From the NCBI GenBank assembly GCA_964435975.1, contig CAYTBI010000004.1:30529-94528 (forward strand): a DNA stretch of 64,000 nucleotides, in the 5' to 3' direction. Every line of letters starts with the position of its first letter. The first letter of the stretch is position 1. Of the stretch, positions 26,685-35,122 are shown one piece after another. The DNA is from an uncultured bacterium. Lineage in GTDB: Bacteria; Cyanobacteriota; Cyanobacteriia; Cyanobacteriales; Rubidibacteraceae. Under the pieces are notes generated by a model that worked only from the letters and a program-made list of their open reading frames with translations, was not told the DNA's origin and made no database searches. The translations under genes and the position numbers were made by a program.

Positions 26685-29378
26685 GTGGAATCGACACGAC
26701 GATCGGACCATCTAACCTATGGGAAGGTGACCGTTTTGCTAAGTAGCGGCCGGAAGACTAAGTTGCCCCTGGGCTACCTACTCGTCATCCCTATTTCGCT
26801 CCAAGTTGCTGGAGCTGTGGCGCTGGTGGGCTACTTTTCTCTGCGCAACAGCGAGCGCGCGGTGGAGGCAGTTGCTCGCCGCTTCATCGATGAGGTGACC
26901 GTCCGCGTAGGCGATCGGCTCGAGAGCTACTTGGCAGAAGCCCGCGAGGTGACCGCGCAAAATGTCGATGCCGTGCGCCTCGGACAACTCGATCCGACCG
27001 ATTCCGAAGCACTTTTGCGCGTGCTGCACGCCCAGATGCAACGGAACCCGCATTTGGCTCTAGCTTCGTTTGTGAGCGTGGAGAATGAGATGTTCGAGAT
27101 CTCCCGCTTTTCGACGGGGGATCTGCAGGTCGACTTGGTCTTAGCCGAGCATCCGCGGACTATTCATAGCTACGGCCTGGATGCCGACGGCCGCCAGACC
27201 GATCTCCTGGAGGTGATTCCCAATTTCGACCCCCAGCGAACGCCTCCTGGCTATCGCAATGCTGTCGCAGCTGGTGGCCCGGTTTGGAATCCGGTTTTTG
27301 CCTTCACGGGCATCCCGGATATGTCAGTTTCGACCTCTGCCCCGGCCTACGGCACTGATGGCGAGCTGGTAGGGGTCTTTTTTGCCGACTTTACCTTGAG
27401 CAACATCGACCGCTATCTCCGCTCTATTAAGGTTGGCTCCGGGCGCATTTTTATTACCGATAGCGACGGGTTGCTGGTGGCTTCCTCTGGAGCGGGAGGC
27501 TCTCGGACGTTGGTCGGCGGCACGCTGCAGCGACTGCCAGCGTCTGAGAGCCCCGACCCCCTCGTGTTCGCAGCAATGCGTTTTTTGCAGGGCGGTCGCC
27601 CTAAAAGCCTTGCAGCGATGCAGGCAGGTCGCCACGAACATTTCCAGCACGAGGGAGTCGGCCACCACCTCAAGTTACGGCCTTACCGCGACGCGCTGGG
27701 CCTCGACTGGACCATTCATGTCATTATCCCCGACACCGATTTCTTCGGTCAGGTCCAACAGAGTACCCGCGCGACAATTCTCCTGAGCTTTATTGCGGCC
27801 TCTGCAGCCATCGGGCTTTGCTGGTACACAGCTCGATTGCTCGTCAAGCACATCGACCGCCTGAGTCACACAACCCAGCAGCTGGCGGCTGAGGTTGGCG
27901 ATGCCGATATTGGCTGGCGTTTCGAGCAGCCCTTAGGCCGCCACACCGTGCGGGAGTTGGATGTTTTGTCGGCGGCGATCGATCGCATGGCCATCAAAGT
28001 TCAGGAGGTTCTCGGGCAGCTCCAACACAAAGCCTACTACGATCCCTTAGTCGATCTCCCCAACCAAAACCTATTTCTGGCACGCATTCGCGCAGCCCAA
28101 GCACGCCAGCAACCGGACGCCCAATTTGCCGTGCTGGCCGTGGATATTCAGCGGTTTCGAGCACTCAGATTTGGGTTCGGCTGGAGCTTTGGCGAGCGAC
28201 TTATTGTCGCCTTTGCCAAACGGCTGGCCGACTATGCAGAAAATAACGATCTCGTGGATGTTGTGGCGCGAGTCGGCGATGACGAGTTTGCTATCCTCCT
28301 GGTCAATCTGCCCGATCTTGCAGCCGCGCAGCAGGTTGCCGACGATCTGCACGCAGCTTTTGTGAAGCCACTGGCACTGCCCCAAACGCACTTGCCCGTG
28401 TCAATTTGTGTGGGTTTAGCATGGGGCGATAGCGGCGGTGTCTCGCCAGCAACTTCTTTGCAAGCGGCGAGTACGGCGCTCGCTTACACCAAACAGCGAC
28501 AAGGAAGCTTTACGGAGATTTTCTCCCCAGCCATGCAGGCAGTAGCTGCCGAGCGCTCCGAGCTCGAAGCCGAACTCAAAGCTGCGATCGCCGACAATGC
28601 GCTGGCGGTCCACTACCAACCGATCGTTTCTCTGGCTACCGGCCGAGTTGTCAGCTTCGAAGCGTTGGCTCGCTGGCAGCATCCCATTCGCGGCACAATT
28701 TCGCCGGGAAGCTTTATTCCCCTGGCCGAAGAAACCGGATCGATTGTCGAGCTGGGGAGCTGGATGCTGCGGCAAGCCTGCCAGCAATTCGCTCGCTGGC
28801 AGCAAGAGATTCCAGATTGGGAGGTTGCAAGCCTCAGCGTCAATTTCTCTTGGCTACAGTTGCGCCACCCCAACCTGATTGCGGAACTCGATGCTGCCCT
28901 CGAGCCGCTGCCGCCGGGCACGCTGCGCCTCGAAATCACTGAGAGCAGCCTCCTGACGGAGACCTCGGCGGCCCGCGAGCTGCTCGAGCGGCTGCGTCGG
29001 CGCCAAGTTCGTCTCTCGATCGACGACTTTGGCACCGGGTATTCGTCCTTGAGCTACCTCCAAGATCTCCCTATCGATACCCTCAAGCTCGATCGCTCGT
29101 TTGTCTCTCGTCTTGAGGCCGATGCTCGAACTTGCAACATTGTCAGCACGATCGTCGCGCTGGCGCGAACCTTGGGGCTCGAAATCGTCGCCGAGGGCAT
29201 CGAGACCCAAGGCCAACTGCGGATTCTCCGGGACCTTGGCTGCGATTTCGGCCAAGGTTACCTGTTTGCACGTCCGCTGCCTGCAGCAGTGGTGCCTGCC
29301 TTCCTGAGCGAATACAGCCTTCTGCAGAACGAGTCGATTCTTTCGATCGAAGGCCGCCTGTATGGCTCTCGAGGCTAA
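26685..29378 (+). CDS. Membrane sensor with periplasmic domain, HAMP, degenerate GGDEF (GDDEF) and EAL domains
   Basis: 897 aa. TM, about 300-aa extracytoplasmic region, TM. The GGDEF position reads ARVGDDEFA. EAL motifs are intact (EALARW, EITES, DDFGTGYSS, EGIET, QGYLFARP). Confidence 0.85.
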   Translation: MESTRRSDHLTYGKVTVLLSSGRKTKLPLGYLLVIPISLQVAGAVALVGYFSLRNSERAVEAVARRFIDEVTVRVGDRLESYLAEAREVTAQNVDAVRLGQLDPTDSEALLRVLHAQMQRNPHLALASFVSVENEMFEISRFSTGDLQVDLVLAEHPRTIHSYGLDADGRQTDLLEVIPNFDPQRTPPGYRNAVAAGGPVWNPVFAFTGIPDMSVSTSAPAYGTDGELVGVFFADFTLSNIDRYLRSIKVGSGRIFITDSDGLLVASSGAGGSRTLVGGTLQRLPASESPDPLVFAAMRFLQGGRPKSLAAMQAGRHEHFQHEGVGHHLKLRPYRDALGLDWTIHVIIPDTDFFGQVQQSTRATILLSFIAASAAIGLCWYTARLLVKHIDRLSHTTQQLAAEVGDADIGWRFEQPLGRHTVRELDVLSAAIDRMAIKVQEVLGQLQHKAYYDPLVDLPNQNLFLARIRAAQARQQPDAQFAVLAVDIQRFRALRFGFGWSFGERLIVAFAKRLADYAENNDLVDVVARVGDDEFAILLVNLPDLAAAQQVADDLHAAFVKPLALPQTHLPVSICVGLAWGDSGGVSPATSLQAASTALAYTKQRQGSFTEIFSPAMQAVAAERSELEAELKAAIADNALAVHYQPIVSLATGRVVSFEALARWQHPIRGTISPGSFIPLAEETGSIVELGSWMLRQACQQFARWQQEIPDWEVASLSVNFSWLQLRHPNLIAELDAALEPLPPGTLRLEITESSLLTETSAARELLERLRRRQVRLSIDDFGTGYSSLSYLQDLPIDTLKLDRSFVSRLEADARTCNIVSTIVALARTLGLEIVAEGIETQGQLRILRDLGCDFGQGYLFARPLPAAVVPAFLSEYSLLQNESILSIEGRLYGSRG

Positions 29379-29482
29379 GCCATGGCAGCCATCGTTATTC
29401 CGAGCGCATCCTTGCCGTGCACCTACGGGCTTGAGGCTACAATTAGCCTAGCTCCTCGCACTCAAGATGGCGATAGGCTAGG

Positions 29483-30688
29483 GTGCCTCGCGTGCAGAGG
29501 CGATGGCGAGACGTTTTTCTGGCATCCTTCGGTCTAGCACGGGCTCAAATAGCTACGATCGCCAGCCTCAAAGCTCTAGTTGTGGCAAGCATCACTTTCC
29601 TGGCTCTCAAGATGTTCGATCTTTTTATTGCCCTTGCCCTTGGTTTTGCAACGGGTTTGAGCTTCTTCTTGGCCGTGCAACTGGCTTACAAGCAAGCTCC
29701 GAAAGCGTTTGCTTACTTTCTAAAAGGATTTTCTTCCGATGAGTTTCGCGAAATCTCCGAAAATGTCATCGTCCCCTACCGAGATTGGCTGAATCTGATT
29801 TTCGTTTTGGTTCTCCTTGACGGACTCATTCTGGTGACGCCAACGCCGCTCTGGCTGGGCGTTATCGAGTCGCCTTTAGGTCTAGCTATAGCTATCGGCA
29901 TGACGCTACTGGGATTCAAGATCTTTGAGAGCTTTTTTGCAGGCTACATCCTCGAGAAAGTCTTTGGGGAGCAAAAAAAAATCGACAGCGAGCTCCTGGC
30001 TTGGGTCAAAGCTTCAGCCAAATTCACCTTCGCGCTGGCGATTATCTTTATTTTTGCCCAGACCCACAACATTAATGTGATTGGGTTAGCGGCTAGCTTA
30101 GGAATTGGTGGGGTCGCACTCGCTTTTGCCTCCCAACGCGTCTTAGAGCAACTGCTCTGGAGTATTACTCTCTACCTAGATCGTCCCTTCAACGTCGATG
30201 ATTATATTCACCTACCCGATGGAACCATTGGCAAAGTAGAAGCAACCGGTTGGCGCTCGACAAAAATACGTCTCTCGGGCAAAAATACCTTGGCCATCAT
30301 ACCCAATAGCAATCTGGCACAGGTTAATATTGAAAATTTGACGCGGGCGCGCCGGGCGATCGCCATTCTTGAATTGACTTTCGATGAGAGCATTCACCGT
30401 GAAGAGCAAGCCCTAATCCATCAAGTCATTCTGGAGAGCACCCAAGACATCCTCGGCATCGACTCGCGACTCACCCAGGTCAACTTTAGCGAGCGCGCTA
30501 CCGGCAAAAAAGTGCTCAAAGCAAAGGCTATTTTCTTTGTTCTAGGGGCGGCCGAAACATCAATGGACTTACGCCACAGCTTGCTCGAAATTGCTCGTAG
30601 CAATATTGTCGAGCGCCTAGAACTTTGCGGAATTCCCTGCCAAGCTCGCGACAACATTACTGATATTCTCCAGCCCATCAACTTCTAG
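29483..30688 (+). CDS. MscS-family mechanosensitive channel
   Basis: Multi-TM N-terminus, pore helix LGIGGVALAFASQ, beta-domain DRPFNVDDYI. GTG start is uncertain. Confidence 0.8.
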   Translation: MPRVQRRWRDVFLASFGLARAQIATIASLKALVVASITFLALKMFDLFIALALGFATGLSFFLAVQLAYKQAPKAFAYFLKGFSSDEFREISENVIVPYRDWLNLIFVLVLLDGLILVTPTPLWLGVIESPLGLAIAIGMTLLGFKIFESFFAGYILEKVFGEQKKIDSELLAWVKASAKFTFALAIIFIFAQTHNINVIGLAASLGIGGVALAFASQRVLEQLLWSITLYLDRPFNVDDYIHLPDGTIGKVEATGWRSTKIRLSGKNTLAIIPNSNLAQVNIENLTRARRAIAILELTFDESIHREEQALIHQVILESTQDILGIDSRLTQVNFSERATGKKVLKAKAIFFVLGAAETSMDLRHSLLEIARSNIVERLELCGIPCQARDNITDILQPINF

Positions 30689-30698
30689 GCGATCTCCT

Positions 30699-31835
30699 AT
30701 GGCCGGCGTTTTTGATTTTCTCAACCTCGACCCAGAAGAGCAGCGCTATCTCGTGTCGATCTTTCGAGATTTGGCCTTGTTCGTGCTCGGCGCGATCGTC
30801 TCGCCTCTGGCCGGTCAGTTCTTGGTTGCACTGGCCGAAAAGCTCCTCGCGCTCTTACCCGATCTCCAGGGTCTGCGGGGCGAATCGGAGCGCCAACGGC
30901 TCCTCAAACCCAACAAAAATGCCCTAATGGTAACGGGAACTGCCTTTTTTTTGGCAATTTGTTTGAATCTTTTGCTCGAATACGACGATCTTTACACGTT
31001 TCTAGGATTTTTTATCTACCTAACACTTTCAATTGGAATCGTTTGGCTCTTTACCAATATTGCCAAGCGCATTCTGCGGCGAACGCTAATCGACCTGATG
31101 CAGCGCTGGATTGGTGAGGTTAACGAAGTTGTCTTGGTCATCGAGACGCTAGTTTATTTTTTGGTCGCCGTCCTGGCAACGGTCATTTTTGCTCAGGGAT
31201 TGCGACTGAACTTGTTTGCTCTGGGTGCTAGCTTGGGAATTGGCGGCGTGGCCGTTGCCTTTGCCGGCCAGCAAGCACTCAGCCGCTTGATCGGCACGCT
31301 GGAACTCTACCTCGATCGCCCCTACGTGCCGGGTGAGTATATTCGCGTCTCCTTCAATCCTTATGGCGAAGATGTCTACGGGCGAGTAGAGTCTATTGGG
31401 TTGCGATCCACCAAAATCCGGACGGTCGCCCAAAATACGCTGGTGGTCGTTCCCAATTCCATGATGGCTGGCATGAATATTGAAAATATCAGCCGCGGCA
31501 AAAAGATTATGGCCATGTTGTGCCTGGATTTTCGGCGCTCTCTAAGAGAAGGCGAGCAAGCTCTGGTGCGACGCCTCATTGAGGAGACAAGCAAAGCCTT
31601 TTGGGGGCTCGAGCAAGCCGGCGTCCGAGTTCATTTTGGCGCGCAAGACACTAGTGCTAGCACGCGAGCGCGGGTCAATTTTTTCATCACGGGCTCGAGC
31701 GAAAACTCGATTAACTTGCGCAAGCGCTTGCTCGAGCTAGCCAACGAGGAGATTGCCAAGAGCCTGGCTACTTACAACTTACTCTTCACGACCCTCGATC
31801 CGATGGTCTATATCGACTCGCCGATGTCCATCTAG
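30699..31835 (+). CDS. MscS-family mechanosensitive channel (tandem paralog)
   Basis: LGIGGVAVAFAGQQ, DRPYVPGEYI. It starts 10 nt after the previous paralog. Confidence 0.8.
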   Translation: MAGVFDFLNLDPEEQRYLVSIFRDLALFVLGAIVSPLAGQFLVALAEKLLALLPDLQGLRGESERQRLLKPNKNALMVTGTAFFLAICLNLLLEYDDLYTFLGFFIYLTLSIGIVWLFTNIAKRILRRTLIDLMQRWIGEVNEVVLVIETLVYFLVAVLATVIFAQGLRLNLFALGASLGIGGVAVAFAGQQALSRLIGTLELYLDRPYVPGEYIRVSFNPYGEDVYGRVESIGLRSTKIRTVAQNTLVVVPNSMMAGMNIENISRGKKIMAMLCLDFRRSLREGEQALVRRLIEETSKAFWGLEQAGVRVHFGAQDTSASTRARVNFFITGSSENSINLRKRLLELANEEIAKSLATYNLLFTTLDPMVYIDSPMSI

Positions 31836-32795
31836 AGCGGTGCTGTAATTTTGGCAGAGGAGGGCCTCTCGCAAGCTCGCAAAGGTGAGAGAACCCATCA
31901 GCTCTCCTGCCCGAGTTACTGCGAGCGCTGGAGCCCCGGTTTCGAGCAGGCGCGAGAGGGCCTCTCGCAAAGAAGCCTCCTGAGCAATTGCGGGTGCCTC
32001 TGCCGAAACAGCCTCTGCTGTGGCCGCCGCCGCAACGGGCAGCACCCCCAATTGCCGGACGCGATCGGTCGCACCGACGAGTTCGGCTACAAAAGAGGTT
32101 GCCGGCTCGAGTAAGATGCGCGCGGGAGTATCGAACTGCACGATCGCCCCGGCCTGCAAAATGAGAATGCGATCGGCCAAGCGCAGGGCTTCTTCGACGT
32201 CATGGGAAACAAACAAAACGGTTTTCTGCAACTGGCGCTGGAGGCGGGCAATTTCGGTTTGGAGGCTGGCGCGCACGATTGCATCGAGAGCGCCAAAGGG
32301 CTCGTCCATTAACAGAACCTGAGGGTCGGCGGCCAGAGCGCGGGCAATGCCGACGCGCTGCTGTTGGCCGCCGGAGAGCTGGGCTGGGTAGCGATTTCGG
32401 TACTCCTGGGGGGGCAGCTCGACGCGCTGCAACAGCGCGTCGGTACGGGCTCGGATGCGTGCCTGCGGCCAGCCGAGCAATCGGGGAACGACGGCAATAT
32501 TTTCTGCCACGCTCATGTGGGGAAACAAGCCCGCCTTCTGGATGACATAGCCGATACGACGGCGCAAGCGCGCGACGGGAAACTCGCGAATATCGGTGCC
32601 GTTGAGGTAAATCGTCCCAGCACTCAGCTCGTAGAGCCGGTTGACCGTCTTGAGTAGAGTCGTTTTGCCGCAGCCAGAAGGCCCGAGAATGACGACAAAT
32701 TCCCCGGCAGCAACCCGTAGCGTGCAATTGTGGAGGGCCGCTCGCTCGGCACCGGGAAACTTCAGGCAAACGCCTTCAAAATCTAGCTTGGCCAT
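31779..32795 (-). CDS. ABC transporter ATP-binding protein (glycine betaine/osmoprotectant type)
   Basis: Internal ATG (MAKLDFEGV...). Walker A GPSGCGKTT, signature LSGGQQQRV, Walker B LLMDEPFGALD, and one CBS-like C-terminal segment. The last 57 nt overlap the convergent MscS gene. Confidence 0.8.
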   Translation of the reverse strand: MAKLDFEGVCLKFPGAERAALHNCTLRVAAGEFVVILGPSGCGKTTLLKTVNRLYELSAGTIYLNGTDIREFPVARLRRRIGYVIQKAGLFPHMSVAENIAVVPRLLGWPQARIRARTDALLQRVELPPQEYRNRYPAQLSGGQQQRVGIARALAADPQVLLMDEPFGALDAIVRASLQTEIARLQRQLQKTVLFVSHDVEEALRLADRILILQAGAIVQFDTPARILLEPATSFVAELVGATDRVRQLGVLPVAAAATAEAVSAEAPAIAQEASLREALSRLLETGAPALAVTRAGELMGSLTFASLREALLCQNYSTALDGHRRVDIDHRIEGREE

Positions 32796-32805
32796 AGGAA
32801 AAGTT

Positions 32806-33744
32806 CTAGGTTCGAGACGAAGCAGCTGGTGGCGGCAGCAGTGCTTGGCCCGCGAGCCAGTCGCGGGCAACGTCGGCAGGCTCGCGCTTATCTCCGGTCA
32901 CCTCGAAATTCAAGGCCTGCATGGTCGCATCGTCGATCTGCGCTGTGATGCCATCGAGCAGCTCGACGAGTTCTGGGTGACGCTCGATCGCCTCGGATCT
33001 GACCACCGGCGCAACTTGGTAGGGCGGAAAAAACTGGCGATCGTCACCGAGCACGACGAGATCGAAGGCACCAATTTCACCATCAGTAGAAAATCCCACC
33101 GCAACATCTGCCTCGCCAGCTACCAGAGCCGGGTAGCGCAGCCCCGGATCGACAGCTTTGTAGGTCTTGAAGTCGAACGCGCCATAGGCTGTTTGCAAGC
33201 CTGGCAAGCCATCTTCGCGCACCTGGAATTCCGGCGGCCCGACTGCCCTGAGCTCTGGGGCGCGCCCGACGAGGTCGGAAATCGTTTGCAAGCGCAAGCG
33301 ATCGGCCACGGCAGGTGTCGTCACCAAGGCTTGAGAATTACTCATCGGGGAGGGTGCCAGCCAAATGACGTCGAACCGGTCGCGATAGGCAGCGGCCACT
33401 GTCTGGTAGACCCGCTCGCGGTCGGTGTCGGGAGGGAGTTTCAAAACTGTGAGCAGACCCGTTCCCGTGTACTCGGGGTAAAGGTCGATCTCGCCTGCTA
33501 GGAGTCCTGCCTGGGCTACGGGCGTGCCGCCGAGGTTGAGCTTGCGCTCGACACGAATGCCTGCAGCCTCAAGGGTCTGGGCGTAAATCTCTCCCAAAAC
33601 GAACTGCTCGGTAAAGTCCTTCGAGCCAACGCGCAGGGGCCGATCTCCTAGTTCGCCATCCGTGCCGCCATTGCAGGCGATCGCCCCAAGAGCCACCAGG
33701 CAGCTCGCAAAACCCAAAACCAGCCAGCGCGCCCACCGCTCCAT
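32806..33744 (-). CDS. Glycine betaine/choline-type ABC substrate-binding lipoprotein (OpuBC/OsmF-like)
   Basis: Signal peptide with Cys (LGAIACNGG) and VGSKDFTEQFVLGEIYAQTLEAAG...IDLYPEYTGTGL, typical of the PF04069-type family. Confidence 0.75.
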   Translation of the reverse strand: MERWARWLVLGFASCLVALGAIACNGGTDGELGDRPLRVGSKDFTEQFVLGEIYAQTLEAAGIRVERKLNLGGTPVAQAGLLAGEIDLYPEYTGTGLLTVLKLPPDTDRERVYQTVAAAYRDRFDVIWLAPSPMSNSQALVTTPAVADRLRLQTISDLVGRAPELRAVGPPEFQVREDGLPGLQTAYGAFDFKTYKAVDPGLRYPALVAGEADVAVGFSTDGEIGAFDLVVLGDDRQFFPPYQVAPVVRSEAIERHPELVELLDGITAQIDDATMQALNFEVTGDKREPADVARDWLAGQALLPPPAASSRT

Positions 33745-33789
33745 CGCGTGTCTCCCCCTCTCATAAAACGACAGCGGCCCAGTCGGGCA

Positions 33790-34758
33790 TTAAGTATGAC
33801 TGTAAACCTGTCGCCAATCTCCAAGGGAACGAATCTTGGCGCGAACTACAGGGATATCTAAAAGGCAGTAGGCTCCACCTGCGATCATCCAGCCAACATC
33901 AGAGAACAGTCGATCGAAAGTCCCATCAACGGCTCGCAGCGACTCGTGTAGCTCGGCGGCCTGGTAACCCATGCGCTCGAGATTCTCTTCTCCAAGCCAG
34001 TCTATGTACTGATGGAGCCAAAGACGACGAATGGGGTTGCGAAAGCACGCCTTCCATTTCTCAAGAGTTCGATCCGTCACGTGCTGATAGGCCTTGATGC
34101 CGACGTTGTCCTGCAGTCGGCCAGTGAGCTTTACCTTGTTGAAATTGCTGCTAGCCTCCGGGCAATGGGGCAGACCGCAGTAATCGAATATTGCCTCCAG
34201 CGTCGCATCGACTTCTACGACTAGATCCTCGTAGCGCACGACCAGCGCTCTATCTTGGATGCCCTCCAAGGCTTGCAGGATATTAGTCATACCCTGATAG
34301 AAGAAATGCTTTTGAGTAAAGAGCTTCCACTGATTGCCCCACCACGTTTGTAGGGAGGAAGCAATCACTGACAGCGGGTTCCGGAAAAGGAAGATGAACT
34401 TGGCATCTGGGAAAATTCGGATTATGTCCTGACAAATCAGTGCATAGGAAGGGGTTTTGTCCAAGAAATACTGAGTGCCTTCGGGAGAAAGATCTCGGTA
34501 CATTGCCATTACCATCTCGCGGAGGTGGCGGTCGAAGTCTGCGCCTTTGTTGGGGAAGTTTCCCACAAAATCCTCGATGCCACGGCAGAGCTGGCTGTGC
34601 CGATACTCTGCGTGTACTCCGTCTCGCCGCCGCATATATACCAGGGGAACGAGCAAAGAGGGTTCGGAAGTAGTGTGAATCGATTTGTGAGCACTCACAA
34701 GTCGCTGCAACAGCGTGCTACCAGAGCGAGGCATGGAGAAGACAAAGATTGGCTGCAC
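33790..34758 (-). CDS. Sulfotransferase family protein (PAPS-dependent)
   Basis: 5'-PSB loop FSMPRSGSTLLQRL and a C-terminal VVRYEDLV-type region. Lower GC than the flanking native DNA. Confidence 0.75.
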   Translation of the reverse strand: MQPIFVFSMPRSGSTLLQRLVSAHKSIHTTSEPSLLVPLVYMRRRDGVHAEYRHSQLCRGIEDFVGNFPNKGADFDRHLREMVMAMYRDLSPEGTQYFLDKTPSYALICQDIIRIFPDAKFIFLFRNPLSVIASSLQTWWGNQWKLFTQKHFFYQGMTNILQALEGIQDRALVVRYEDLVVEVDATLEAIFDYCGLPHCPEASSNFNKVKLTGRLQDNVGIKAYQHVTDRTLEKWKACFRNPIRRLWLHQYIDWLGEENLERMGYQAAELHESLRAVDGTFDRLFSDVGWMIAGGAYCLLDIPVVRAKIRSLGDWRQVYSHT

Positions 34759-35122
34759 GACTTTCCCCTATTCTTTACTGCGGTCGAGCTAAGTCCGTAG
34801 CGTGCAGGATGCAATCGTCGTTGCTTGACACGGCGTTCTCGCTGCTCCCGCTCCCGCATCCGATCCGTGGCCCGAGAGCGCCTGGCAGCTAGTTTAGCGC
34901 AGTGCAAGTCAGAGCTGGGTGCCTCAGGCCCATACAGAGCGGCTGAGTCTTGCATGCATTGCAATATCGGGAGACCTGCCGACTCTGACTTAACTCCCTC
35001 CTCGGGCACCGGGCCAACATCCAGCCCAGGATTGAGCTGCCGAAGTCGGTGCAGGGTGTATCATAACCACTGAATACAATATTACACAATCCTTAACCAA
35101 GGCAGTATGAGGTGGAAGTCAG

